A DNA stretch of 64,000 nt from a virus. Lineage: Duplodnaviria > Caudoviricetes. Location of the stretch: positions 32,001 through 96,000 of the IMG/VR virus record IMGVR_UViG_3300037255_000025, one strand, 5' to 3'. How positions within the stretch are numbered: position 1 is the first letter of the stretch; each line of letters starts with the position of its first letter. Shown here one piece after another: positions 29,267-38,588 of this stretch. The notes below the pieces were generated by a model that was given only the letters and a program-made list of their open reading frames with translations, was not told the origin of the DNA and made no database searches. The position numbers were made by a program, and so were the translations under genes.

Positions 29267-29689
29267 CTAGACCCAACGACGCCGACGCCGTTGGGCCGCG
29301 CGTATACCCGCCGATACGCCGGAGCCCTTGACCACCTCCGGGGAATCCGGGCCGTACACGACTTCCATGAACGCCTCAGTCCCGCCCGCACTTGAATCGC
29401 CGCCGGCCAAGAGATACGCGGCCTGTAGGCCCCGAAGCGACGCGGCGGGGTCCGGCTGCTTCCGGGCCCACGTGAGCGCGTCCCTCAACCACGGGGCTTC
29501 GTAAGATCCAAGCGACGAGCGAAAGAACCGGATCGTGTCCAGCTCGTACGACAAAACCCAACGCTCGCCGCGCGAGCCCAAAGGCGTAAGCGTCGGCACC
29601 GCGCAATACACGACGAGTACGTGCTCCCCCGGCAGCACGTCCTCGTAACCCGCGGCGACCAACTGGGCCTCGGTCATGTCCGTGATCAC
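29267..29689 (-). CDS. hypothetical protein
   Basis: Coupled reverse operon. Confidence 0.55.
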   Translation of the reverse strand: MITDMTEAQLVAAGYEDVLPGEHVLVVYCAVPTLTPLGSRGERWVLSYELDTIRFFRSSLGSYEAPWLRDALTWARKQPDPAASLRGLQAAYLLAGGDSSAGGTEAFMEVVYGPDSPEVVKGSGVSAGIRAAQRRRRRWV

Positions 29690-30147
29690 GGGTCAGGGTC
29701 CTGGGCCAGCCGCAGCACCCCAGGCAGCGCCTCCGCACCCCATACTTCGACCGCGACCCCCATGGGCCTGCCCTTCCGCTGGGCGTACGCGAACGCCACG
29801 ACGTCGCTCCCGTCGTCGACGCCCAGGATGGCGCAGATCGCGTCCCGTACGGTCTTAAGCGCCAGCGGTACCGCGTCATCATCAAGCCGCGACGGCGAGA
29901 CCCGCGTGAGCCGCACGCACCAGGGCCCGGCGGGCGGCATCGCCTGGTCCACGAGCGCAACCGACACGGCCTCGACGGTGGTGTCGCGCGCGTCCTGACG
30001 CCGCCGAACCTTCGCCCACCGCTGGGTCGTCCCGTTGGCCTCGTTGGCCGTCCGAAGTTCAAACGCAACCGAGAACCCCGGCGCCCCCAAAGGCTCCGCC
30101 GGACCCCCGCACCAGACGCGCGGCCAAGCTCCGGCCGGCGTGGTCAA
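29686..30147 (-). CDS. RusA-like Holliday junction resolvase
   Basis: RLTR...LDDD...K.VRD....GVDD; TTG start overlapping upstream stop. Confidence 0.7.
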   Translation of the reverse strand: MTTPAGAWPRVWCGGPAEPLGAPGFSVAFELRTANEANGTTQRWAKVRRRQDARDTTVEAVSVALVDQAMPPAGPWCVRLTRVSPSRLDDDAVPLALKTVRDAICAILGVDDGSDVVAFAYAQRKGRPMGVAVEVWGAEALPGVLRLAQDPDP

Positions 30148-30455
30148 GATACCGACTCCTGGCAGATCCTCACCAGCGCCTCGGTCGCGCCGTCGAGCGC
30201 GACCCGCCGGCTGTGTGCCGTGCCCTCTTGTGCGTGGTCCGTGCAGAGCGGGTGCCAGACCCGCCACCGCCAGACCCGGCCCGGTCCTGGGCGCCAGACC
30301 CGACCGCCTAGGTCGTACTGGACGCGCGCAAGCAACGTCCAGTAGCGCCGGTCCTCCTCTGGACCGTACTCGACCCAGTCGAGTAGCCGAACCGTCAAGG
30401 TCACGTACGGGTCCACGGTGGCCAACGTCCCTGCCTGGGTGCCGAGCGGGGGCAC
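30144..30455 (-). CDS. hypothetical protein
   Basis: Operon coupling. Confidence 0.5.
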   Translation of the reverse strand: MPPLGTQAGTLATVDPYVTLTVRLLDWVEYGPEEDRRYWTLLARVQYDLGGRVWRPGPGRVWRWRVWHPLCTDHAQEGTAHSRRVALDGATEALVRICQESVS

Positions 30456-30456
30456 G

Positions 30457-30696
30457 CTACAGGTCCTCCAGGTCGAAGAGGTCGAGCTGTGCAGCTGTCC
30501 CCCACCGCGCCGGGTCGGCCTCCCGGGCCGCGAGCTTCACCAGCACCAACGCGGTGTCAAGGTTGACCCCGGCGGCACCGCAGACGCGACCCAGCGCCAA
30601 CGCCAGAGCCGCGACGGCAGCCCGCGGCGTCGCTTCCCGTCCAGCCAACACCAAGAGCCCGTCGCTGGCCCGGAGCGCGGTCACGACGGTGCCCAT
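30457..30696 (-). CDS. hypothetical protein ending QLDLF (clamp-binding-like motif)
   Basis: C-terminal AAQLDLFDLEDL. Confidence 0.45.
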   Translation of the reverse strand: MGTVVTALRASDGLLVLAGREATPRAAVAALALALGRVCGAAGVNLDTALVLVKLAAREADPARWGTAAQLDLFDLEDL

Positions 30697-30783
30697 GGCG
30701 TAAAGCTGTAGCCCGCAAGGGGCTTCTTGGAAAGGTTGCTCACGATCGAGACCTTACCCCGTGGCGCGCGGGTTCACTCTAGA

Positions 30784-30827
30784 TATTCTCTTCTAACACT
30801 TGCGCTTTGGGGCAGATGTCTTAGAAT
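30784..30827 (+). promoter_or_regulatory. early sigma70-type promoter 1
   Basis: TTCTCTTCTAA, TTGCGC-N16-TAGAAT, ATG 7 nt later. Confidence 0.8.
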
Positions 30828-30834
30828 AGCTTCC

Positions 30835-30999
30835 ATGAGCCACCCCAAGACAGACTCCGCGCCCCGGACCAACCCGTGGGTCGGCGCGATCCGCAAGACC
30901 CCCGCGGAGCCCCGGACGCCCGCCCAGAAGCGCGCGGCCGAGCAGATCAAGCTCTGGGGTTTCGACAAGAAGATCGCCGCGAAAGGACCCACTCAATGA
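30835..30999 (+). CDS. small basic early protein
   Basis: Leaderless ATG after promoter. Confidence 0.6.
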   Translation: MSHPKTDSAPRTNPWVGAIRKTPAEPRTPAQKRAAEQIKLWGFDKKIAAKGPTQ

Positions 31000-31214
31000 T
31001 GACCGCCAAGCAAGAAGCCTTTGACCGCAAGATCGCGCGCGCGGACCGCGAGCACTACCTGAAGCTCGCCCAACTCTCGCTCCAGCGTGCCCGCCACTGG
31101 GTCGTGAACCCAAAGGGTCTCCCGGAGGACGTCAGGTCTCTGTATATCGTCAGCAACATCGTCAGCGCGCTTCAGTACCGAGACCGCGCGCGGTCTTGCG
31201 GGGTAGCGTCGTGA
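30996..31214 (+). CDS. hypothetical protein
   Basis: ATGA overlap. Confidence 0.6.
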   Translation: MMTAKQEAFDRKIARADREHYLKLAQLSLQRARHWVVNPKGLPEDVRSLYIVSNIVSALQYRDRARSCGVAS

Positions 31215-31555
31215 GGCCCTCGGTCGTCGCGTGGGTCGCGGGACTGGTCGCGGGGCTCCTGCTCCGGTCGGCCGGGTCGGCCCACGGCCTGCTCTCCGCG
31301 CTCGTCGTGGTCGCGACCAGCGCAGCCGCCGCGGGCTACGCCTGGCGCTTGGCTCGTCCGAAGCCCCCGGCGGGCCTCCCGGCCAACCGTCGGGTCGCGC
31401 CGCCACAGTACCCAGCGCTCGACGGCGACTGGGCCGCCCGGTCCCGCTACCTCGCGCAGCAGGTCCGGGCCTATGCGGACAGCGCGACCCGGACCGAGCG
31501 AGACGCCGCGGATCTGCTGCTTGAGCGCGTCAACCAAGAGGAGACCAGCCGATGA
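31211..31555 (+). CDS. membrane protein
   Basis: Two N-terminal hydrophobic segments; GTGA overlap. Confidence 0.55.
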   Translation: MRPSVVAWVAGLVAGLLLRSAGSAHGLLSALVVVATSAAAAGYAWRLARPKPPAGLPANRRVAPPQYPALDGDWAARSRYLAQQVRAYADSATRTERDAADLLLERVNQEETSR

Positions 31556-31848
31556 CCTCGCCTGCTACCACCAACACCATCTTGATCGTCGGGAACACGT
31601 ACCCCGTGAAGGACGCCCTCCGTGAGCTGGGCGGCCGGTGGGACGCGGCCCAGAAGGGCTGGCGGGTGCCCGCGGACGTCGCGGACAAGGCCCGCGCGCT
31701 CGTAGCGTCCGCGGCAACCACCCCCTCCCGCCCGACCTCGAGCCCTACGGCAGCCAGAACGCGCCGTCCGTGGCGTCCGTGCGGGTACCCCGGGTGCAAC
31801 CCCAGGTACTGCGACGAGTGCGACGGCGAGGGGTACACAGGCCGATGA
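31552..31848 (+). CDS. DUF5710-like protein with Cys-rich tail
   Basis: GNTYPVKDALRELGGRWDAAQKGW; CGYPGC..CDEC. Confidence 0.65.
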   Translation: MTSPATTNTILIVGNTYPVKDALRELGGRWDAAQKGWRVPADVADKARALVASAATTPSRPTSSPTAARTRRPWRPCGYPGCNPRYCDECDGEGYTGR

Positions 31849-32840
31849 CCACCACCGTCCAAGACCGCGTCCGGGGCTGCCTGATGGGCCAGTTCGCCGG
31901 GGACTCGCTGGGCTCGCTCGTCGAGTTCCGGACCGCCCGAGACATCGCCCGACAGTACCCTGCGGGCGTCCGCGAACTGGCCGACGGCGGCACGTTCAAC
32001 ACGCTCGCCGGACAACCCACGGACGACTCCGAGCTGGCGCTGACGCTCGCGCGGTCGATCGTCGCGGCGGGCCGCTACAACGCCGACGACGCGCGCGCGG
32101 GCTACGTCGAGTGGTACCGGTCGGGACCGTTCGACATCGGCGGCACGACCGCCGCGGCGCTCTCCCGACCGACGGGAGGAAAGCTCCCCGAGGCGAGCCA
32201 AGCGAGTCAGGCCAACGGGTCGCTCATGAGGGTCTCGCCCCTCGGGATCGTCGCGGTCGGCTCGCCGGACCTGGCGGCCCGTTGGGCCCTACAGGACAGC
32301 GCCCTCACGCACCCCAACGAGGTCTGCCGCTGGGCCTGCGTCGCCTACGTCGCGGCAATCGGGACCGCGATCCGTACCGGCAACGCTCGCCAGGCCTTCG
32401 CGGCCGCGTCGGAGGCTGCGTCCGAAACGGACGAGCGGGCCCGCCCGATCCTTGAAGCCTTGGCCCGTGCCCGAACCGAACTGCCCGAGGACTTCGAGCA
32501 CCAACAGGGTTGGGTCCTGACGGCGTTCCAGAACACCTTCTACCAGCTCATCCACGCGCCATCGCTCGAGGAGGGCGTCGTCGCGACCGTCGGGATGGGC
32601 GGGGACACCGACACCAACGGGTGTATCGCGGGCGCGCTCCTCGGCGCGGTGCATGGCGTCGACGCCATCCCGTACCAGTGGGTCCACGCGGTCTTGAACT
32701 GCCGGCCCGAGGCGGGGCCCGGCGTACGTCACCCACGGCCCCGACGGTACTGGCCGATCGACGCAATCCGACTGGCGGACCAACTGCTGCTGGTCGGTCA
32801 GCGACTAGACCACAAAGACCTTGGGGTTGGTGGGACCTGA
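31845..32840 (+). CDS. ADP-ribosylglycohydrolase (DraG/ARH family)
   Basis: GDSLG, TDDSE, NGSLMR, LTH, GGDTDTN. Confidence 0.93.
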   Translation: MTTTVQDRVRGCLMGQFAGDSLGSLVEFRTARDIARQYPAGVRELADGGTFNTLAGQPTDDSELALTLARSIVAAGRYNADDARAGYVEWYRSGPFDIGGTTAAALSRPTGGKLPEASQASQANGSLMRVSPLGIVAVGSPDLAARWALQDSALTHPNEVCRWACVAYVAAIGTAIRTGNARQAFAAASEAASETDERARPILEALARARTELPEDFEHQQGWVLTAFQNTFYQLIHAPSLEEGVVATVGMGGDTDTNGCIAGALLGAVHGVDAIPYQWVHAVLNCRPEAGPGVRHPRPRRYWPIDAIRLADQLLLVGQRLDHKDLGVGGT

Positions 32841-32844
32841 AAGA

Positions 32845-32888
32845 TAATCTCTTCTAAAACTTGCCAAACGTCTAACAATAGCTAAGCT
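32845..32888 (+). promoter_or_regulatory. early sigma70-type promoter 2
   Basis: TCTCTTCTAA, TTGCCA-N16-TAAGCT, ATG 7 nt later. Confidence 0.75.
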
Positions 32889-32895
32889 AGGTCCT

Positions 32896-33387
32896 ATGAC
32901 GACGCTCAACGGTTACGACGACTGGAAGCTCGCCTCCCCGCCCGAACCGGGCGAACCGTTCGACGACGAGCAGCCCCCGCCGCTGCCACTCGGGTGGGAA
33001 GCGACCCCGAGTCCGCTCAGCGACACCGAGCCCCCGCCGACCCCCGCGACGTCGGGCGAAGTCCCCCGGGCGCTCGACTGGCGCCCGTTCGCCAAGGACG
33101 ACGGCTACGCATTCGCGGGCGCCGCCGACTTCGAACGCGGGACCGGGCCACGCGGGACCGGGCCACTCATCGCCGACATCGAGGTCGACGGTCGGGGCGG
33201 CATCGCGGTCCTGGACCGCAGCGGCTTGAGCCTGATCTGGTTCAACGCCAACCCCAAGGTCTCGTCGATCGACTCCGACGACCACGAGGCGCACGTTCAC
33301 CACCCGCTCGCCGCCCGCGCGGTCGCGCTGCTCCGCACGCCCACGACCTCGGCCGAGCTTCGCGCGCTCGGCGCCAACTTCAGCTAA
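32896..33387 (+). CDS. hypothetical protein
   Basis: Leaderless start, GYDDWKLASP. Confidence 0.6.
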   Translation: MTTLNGYDDWKLASPPEPGEPFDDEQPPPLPLGWEATPSPLSDTEPPPTPATSGEVPRALDWRPFAKDDGYAFAGAADFERGTGPRGTGPLIADIEVDGRGGIAVLDRSGLSLIWFNANPKVSSIDSDDHEAHVHHPLAARAVALLRTPTTSAELRALGANFS

Positions 33388-33410
33388 CCCTCAAGAAAGA
33401 AAGACAGAAA

Positions 33411-35057
33411 ATGAGCAAACTGAACCTCTTCAAGGCCGCGATCTTCACGCCCCTGGCCCGTGGCCGCTGGGGCCTGCCGCTACTCGCCTGGAGCACGCCG
33501 GGCGCCGCCAAGTCGGACCTCCTGCGGGAGATTTGCGAGAGCTTCGACCTGCCGTTCATCTCGCTGAGCCCCGGCGAAATGGGAGAGGGGGCGTTCGGCG
33601 TCGTGCCGGTGCCCGACAAGAGCGGCGTCATCAAGTACCCGCCCCCCGACTGGACCCTGACGGTCGCGACCGGCGGGGTGATCCTGATCGATGAGATTTC
33701 CTGTTTCGTCGCGGGCACGCCTGTCGACGCCGTTATCGGCGGAGAGGTCGTCCGCGTTCCGATCGAGAATCTCAAGATCGGCGACACCGTCGTGAGCGTC
33801 GACGTTGCCTCCGGGAGGAGCCGTTGTAACATGGTGTCAAACTTCTTCACCCGACGGGCGAATAACCTCGTCCGTGTGGAGCTGACCGATGGCCGACACC
33901 TCATCTGCACCTCCGACCACCGCTTCCTCACCGACGCCGGTTGGGTCTCCGCCGGAAACCTCCCCGCAGGATCCCGTCTCTGCGAAGGAACCCACTCGGG
34001 CGCGGGATATGTCGCTGCCGGCGACGATCGCTTCGATTCGAACGTTTCTTGGGCTACCGTTGGCACCGTCCACGCCCTGACCGAGGGCGCGCAAGTCTTC
34101 GATATCACGGTCGAGCGCGACCACAACTTCCTGGTGAACGGGGTCGTGGCGCACAACTGCGTCCCCCCTGCCCTCCAGCCTGCGCTGCTCGGGCTCGTGC
34201 TGGACGCGCGCATCGGCGGCACCGTGCTGCACCCGCGCGTTCGACGCATCGCGGCCGCCAACCCACCCGAGTACGCGGCCAACGGCTATGATATCAACGC
34301 GGCCCAGGCGAACCGCATGGGGCACATCGATTGGACCGCCCCCACGGTCCAAGAGCACACCGCATACATGATGCGCGGTACTACGGGCCACGGGGGCGCG
34401 GCCGAGCGCCAGTTCAGCGCCACCGCGGAGGAGGAGCGCGTGTTGACCGCGTGGGACGGCGGCGCGTGGGCCCGGGCGGTCGGACTCGAGACGTCCTTCC
34501 TGGCCGCGCGGTCCGACCTCAAGAACAAGTGCCCCAAGGCGAGCGATCCGGCGGCGTCGCGCGCGTGGCCGTCAGACCGGTCGTGGACCATGGCGACCCG
34601 GGCGCTCGCGAGCGCCGACGTCCACGGGTTGTCGCCCGCCGATACCGACGAGTTCGTCGGGGCGTTTATCGGTCACGAGACCTACGCTGAGTGGGCCACG
34701 TACATCCGCGAGGCCGACCTGCCCAACACGGCGGACCTGCTGGACGGCCGGGTCGATTTCAAGCACTCGGCGGACCGCCTGGACCGTACGGTGGCGGTCC
34801 TGAACGCCTGCTGCGCTTTGGTCGCGCCCGCCGAGGCCCCTCGGCGCGATGAGCGCGCCACCGCGCTGTGGGGTCTGTTGTCTAAGCTCTTCACGACGCC
34901 CGGCACGTCCCAGGACCTCGTGTTGGACGCGTGTCTGGCGCTCGTCCGAGCAAAGGTCGCGCACAACGCAACGAGCGCCAAGGTCCGCGCGGCGTACCAA
35001 CAGCTCGGACAGCATCCAAAGTTCATTCCGCTGATGAAGGCCGCGGGGTTCTCGTGA
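33411..35057 (+). CDS. MoxR-like AAA+ ATPase with mini-intein
   Basis: Walker A variant STPGAAKS, Walker B LIDE, AAANP, NRM, PS.RSW. Confidence 0.85.
   Translation: MSKLNLFKAAIFTPLARGRWGLPLLAWSTPGAAKSDLLREICESFDLPFISLSPGEMGEGAFGVVPVPDKSGVIKYPPPDWTLTVATGGVILIDEISCFVAGTPVDAVIGGEVVRVPIENLKIGDTVVSVDVASGRSRCNMVSNFFTRRANNLVRVELTDGRHLICTSDHRFLTDAGWVSAGNLPAGSRLCEGTHSGAGYVAAGDDRFDSNVSWATVGTVHALTEGAQVFDITVERDHNFLVNGVVAHNCVPPALQPALLGLVLDARIGGTVLHPRVRRIAAANPPEYAANGYDINAAQANRMGHIDWTAPTVQEHTAYMMRGTTGHGGAAERQFSATAEEERVLTAWDGGAWARAVGLETSFLAARSDLKNKCPKASDPAASRAWPSDRSWTMATRALASADVHGLSPADTDEFVGAFIGHETYAEWATYIREADLPNTADLLDGRVDFKHSADRLDRTVAVLNACCALVAPAEAPRRDERATALWGLLSKLFTTPGTSQDLVLDACLALVRAKVAHNATSAKVRAAYQQLGQHPKFIPLMKAAGFS
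33702..34157 (+). mobile_element. mini-intein (152 aa)
   Basis: CFVAGT...CTSDHRF...VFDITV..HNF...VAHN/C. Confidence 0.92.
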
Positions 35058-35305
35058 TGGACTGCGCCGAGATCACCAAGGCGATCGAAGTGGCGCGCCG
35101 CTGCCTCAACGTGGCACAGCGCTACCTCGAAAGCGGCGACTCGACCAAGTCGGCGGAAGCGCTCGACCGCGCAGCCCTCTTGGCCCAAGCGGCGGGTCGC
35201 ATCCAGCACCCCATCTTGTCTGACGCCAAACGCGCCGAAAGCGATGTCCTCATCCGCGCGGCAATCCTCCGCGTCGTAGCTGACCTCGACGCGGATCCGC
35301 AGTGA
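35057..35305 (+). CDS. hypothetical protein
   Basis: TGATG overlap. Confidence 0.55.
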   Translation: MDCAEITKAIEVARRCLNVAQRYLESGDSTKSAEALDRAALLAQAAGRIQHPILSDAKRAESDVLIRAAILRVVADLDADPQ

Positions 35306-35778
35306 AACCCCTCCTCGAGTGCCCCGACTGCGGTTGCTTCTACCGCGGCCTCGGGGCCCACCGGGGATCGACGCCGTGTCAGGTGCAGGCGCGGCGGCGC
35401 GATCTTCGCGCGCTTGGGCTCGAGCGAACCGTGCGTGTCGCGAAGCTCCGGGATGCCGGTTGGCCCGTCGTGCGGGCAATGACGGGCCTTGAGAAGTACC
35501 CGAAGCGGAGCGTGACGCAGCAGACATGGGTCCCGGAGCTGGGGGCTTTGCTGGTCCACTACCACTATGGCGGCTACCTCCTGCCCTACGCGGATGGGGT
35601 GCGGCGCCTGCGCGCTGTGTTCGAGCTTCCCGAGGGCGCCAAACGGGCCCTCCTGGCGACCTACCTGCTGGGCGGTCACCCCGCGCTACAGGACGCGATG
35701 GCCGCGGAAGTCCCGGGATGGAGCGACCCGCCGCGGCACCGGACCGAAGCCGAGTTCCTCATGCAGACCAGTGTCTAA
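35302..35778 (+). CDS. hypothetical protein with Zn-finger-like N-terminus
   Basis: CPDC...H....C. Confidence 0.55.
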   Translation: MKPLLECPDCGCFYRGLGAHRGSTPCQVQARRRDLRALGLERTVRVAKLRDAGWPVVRAMTGLEKYPKRSVTQQTWVPELGALLVHYHYGGYLLPYADGVRRLRAVFELPEGAKRALLATYLLGGHPALQDAMAAEVPGWSDPPRHRTEAEFLMQTSV

Positions 35779-35780
35779 CA

Positions 35781-35823
35781 ATTCTCTTCTAACACTTGCG
35801 TTTCGTGGCAGACGTCTTAGAAT
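35781..35823 (+). promoter_or_regulatory. early sigma70-type promoter 3
   Basis: Near-copy of 30784-30830; TTGCGT-N16-TAGAAT. Confidence 0.8.
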
Positions 35824-35841
35824 AGCTCTCGGAGGTCCTGA

Positions 35842-36495
35842 ATGAGCTACGAATCCGCCCCCGCGACCAAGATGTTGGCAACCCAGTGTGCGTGCTGCGG
35901 CCGGCCGTTGGTCGACGCCGCGTCGATTGAGGCCGGCATGGGCCCGATCTGTCGCAAGCAACACGGCTACGCCGCGGCCCAGGTCGCGCCCGATTGGAAG
36001 TCCGTCCTGTCCGAGACCGACGGCGCGCTCTCCGTGTCGGAGATCCTGGGCTTCCGCCACGAGGCCGCGACCGAGCTGAACCTGCTCGAGGCCTCGTGGC
36101 TTCTCGGGGGGCTCGAGACCCGCCGGGTCGCCAACGCCCTCGTCCACCGCATCGCGGTCGACCAGGACGGCCCGCAGGTCCTCCAACTCACCAACGCGAT
36201 CCGGGCCCTCGGGTTCACGAAGCTCGCGGACCGGATCGCCCACCGCCTAGCGAAGATCGTCATCACGGTCGAGGGCGACGCCCTCTTCGTCGAAGCGCCC
36301 TTCTCGGACGCAAAGGTCGAGGCGTTCCGTAAGGTCCCGGGCCGATCACGCGACAAGGATCGCGGCCGCTACGGCGCCGACCGCTTCCCCCTCACGTCCA
36401 AGCGGTCGCTCTTCACCGCCCTCAAGTCCGCGTTCCCGGGCGCCACCGCGGTCGGCCCCAAGGGCCTGTTCACCATCAACTCCGACCACGCATAA
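35842..36495 (+). CDS. DUF6011-like Zn-binding protein
   Basis: CACCGRPLVDAASIEAGMGPIC. Confidence 0.7.
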   Translation: MSYESAPATKMLATQCACCGRPLVDAASIEAGMGPICRKQHGYAAAQVAPDWKSVLSETDGALSVSEILGFRHEAATELNLLEASWLLGGLETRRVANALVHRIAVDQDGPQVLQLTNAIRALGFTKLADRIAHRLAKIVITVEGDALFVEAPFSDAKVEAFRKVPGRSRDKDRGRYGADRFPLTSKRSLFTALKSAFPGATAVGPKGLFTINSDHA

Positions 36496-36505
36496 AGGAC
36501 GAATC

Positions 36506-36937
36506 ATGGCCTGGCAAGCTCAGCTCTTCATCGGTCAACCCGTCCGTTCCTACGAGGAAGCGAGGGCGATCCTTACGAAACTCGGCGTCACCTCCGCCCT
36601 CGCGGAGACCGGGGACACCGACCTTCCGAACGTAATCTGGAAGGTGATCCCGATGACCTATCTCGGGAAGAAGTTCGCGGGGGAGGTCTACTTCTCCATC
36701 GAACGCGAGGGCGGCTCCCGTTTCCCGACCCCGAAGGGTCAAAACCAAAACTACACTGACGCGGCCGTCGTTCTCGACCTCACGAGCCGCTACGAAGGTT
36801 CCATCCTCGACGCGGAGGAAACGCACGGCCGTCCGGAGCCGTTCGTGTTCGACCCGATTGAGGTCGCGGACCTCCTGACCCAGGTCCGGGCTGTCTGGCC
36901 CGAAGCTCAGGCCCTCATCTGGGGCCGCTGGTACTAA
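36506..36937 (+). CDS. hypothetical protein
   Basis: AAAGGA SD. Confidence 0.6.
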   Translation: MAWQAQLFIGQPVRSYEEARAILTKLGVTSALAETGDTDLPNVIWKVIPMTYLGKKFAGEVYFSIEREGGSRFPTPKGQNQNYTDAAVVLDLTSRYEGSILDAEETHGRPEPFVFDPIEVADLLTQVRAVWPEAQALIWGRWY

Positions 36938-36966
36938 CCAACCGAAAGCGAAAAGGCCCCACCGCC

Positions 36967-38271
36967 ATGACGGAATCACGAAAGCTCGTCCTCAAGCCGC
37001 TCACGGCCGCTGAAATCGAAAAGGCGCGCCAAACGATGGCGGCCGGGCGCTACCTCGCGCGTAAGGCCGCGCCGTACTTCCAGCGGATCCTGATGAAGCT
37101 GGTGATCCGCGAGGTCCCGCCGATGGTCGACCTCGCGGGCAACATCCTGTTCGGCACCGTCGGGGTGTCGGAGTCCATGATCATGTACTCGTGCATGGAG
37201 TACGTCGCGACCCTGACGCCCGAGACGATGGCGGGCGACTTCCTCCACGAGAGCCTCCACCTTTTCATGCGCCACGCCCAGCGCCGGGGCCTCCGCGACC
37301 ACGAGCGTTATAACCGGGCCGGAGACTTGGCCATCAACACGATCACGCGCGACATGGGCGTGAAGCAGACCCCGGTGGCGATCTGGCCCAAGGACTACGG
37401 CTTCGACGAGCACCTCTCGGCCGACGAGTACTACATGCTGCTCGAGAAGCTCGAAAAGAGCGGCAAGGGCAAGAAGGGCCAGGGCGGCTCAGGCCAAGAC
37501 GGCAAAGGGCCACCAAGCCCCGGCGCAGGTCACTGTGGCTCGTGCGCGGGCCACAAGCTCCCGATCGAGGGCGACGACCCCGCGGGCCGGACCGAGACCG
37601 AGGTCGAGTCCGCGGTGCGCGAGGTCGCGATGGCGATCAAGTCCCATGCCCAGAGCCAGGGCAAGCTCCCGGCGGGCCTCGCGCTGATGGCGGACGACAT
37701 GCTGGCGCCGCCAAAGGTCCCCTGGCAGCAGCACCTCTCGCGGGTCGTCCGGGCGTCGTGTGCCTGGACGTCCGGCGCGGTCTACGCGCGGTACAATCAC
37801 CCTAGCCGACGCCAGGCCGCGATCGGCTACGGCGTCGGGCGACCCATCCTGCCGGCCCTGCGCCGGCCCACCCCTCGGGTCGCGGTCGTGGTCGACACGT
37901 CGGGCTCGATGGGCTCGGGTCCGGGCTCACCGCTGGCGGCGGCGACATCGGAGGTCATGGGGGTCGTGAAGGCCGTCGGGGCCGAGGTGCAGTTCATCGC
38001 GGTCGACGCCGCGGTCCACGCCAACGCCAAGGTGCGGGGGGCGCAGGACCTCCTCCAGAACATCAAGGGCGGCGGCGGAACCAGTTTCGTGCCGGGGTTC
38101 GAGGCCGCGGAGAAGCTCCGGCCCCGCGTCAACGTGGTGATCTACATGACCGACGGCTGGGGGGACGCACCCCCCGAAGCCCCGCGGGGAATGCGGGTCA
38201 TCTGGTGCCTCATCGGCAAGGGCGCGCCGCACCCTGCGACGTATGGCGAGGTCGTCCGGATTGAGGACTGA
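36967..38271 (+). CDS. metallopeptidase-vWA protein (DUF2201-like)
   Basis: HESLH, DLAIN, MIDAS DTSGS, GGGGT, MTDG. Confidence 0.88.
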   Translation: MTESRKLVLKPLTAAEIEKARQTMAAGRYLARKAAPYFQRILMKLVIREVPPMVDLAGNILFGTVGVSESMIMYSCMEYVATLTPETMAGDFLHESLHLFMRHAQRRGLRDHERYNRAGDLAINTITRDMGVKQTPVAIWPKDYGFDEHLSADEYYMLLEKLEKSGKGKKGQGGSGQDGKGPPSPGAGHCGSCAGHKLPIEGDDPAGRTETEVESAVREVAMAIKSHAQSQGKLPAGLALMADDMLAPPKVPWQQHLSRVVRASCAWTSGAVYARYNHPSRRQAAIGYGVGRPILPALRRPTPRVAVVVDTSGSMGSGPGSPLAAATSEVMGVVKAVGAEVQFIAVDAAVHANAKVRGAQDLLQNIKGGGGTSFVPGFEAAEKLRPRVNVVIYMTDGWGDAPPEAPRGMRVIWCLIGKGAPHPATYGEVVRIED

Positions 38272-38277
38272 GGCGCG

Positions 38278-38532
38278 GTGTTCTACCTCCAGTTCATCGA
38301 GGACGAGGACAAGCGCGCGATGTACGCGCGCCTCGGCGGCTACGAAGGCGACGACTCGTATCTGACCCAGTACGACTTCATCACACGCGACTTCGCTCAG
38401 GCCCACCCCTACGCCTGCGTAGAAACCGCCGAGCACACCCTTCGGCGAAGCCGGTACTCCGACGTCCTCCGGGTCGTCCCCGAGGCCGACATCCTCCTGT
38501 CCCGCGAAGCTCGGCGGCAAGTACGAAGGTGA
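38278..38532 (+). CDS. hypothetical protein
   Basis: GAGG SD, coupled. Confidence 0.55.
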   Translation: MFYLQFIEDEDKRAMYARLGGYEGDDSYLTQYDFITRDFAQAHPYACVETAEHTLRRSRYSDVLRVVPEADILLSREARRQVRR

Positions 38533-38539
38533 GCGCGAT

Positions 38540-38582
38540 ATTCTCTTCTAAGACTTGCGCATTATCAAACTCGACTTAAACT
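38540..38582 (+). promoter_or_regulatory. early sigma70-type promoter 4
   Basis: TTCTCTTCTAA, TTGCGC-N16-TAAACT, GTG 6 nt later. Confidence 0.75.
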
Positions 38583-38588
38583 AGTCCC

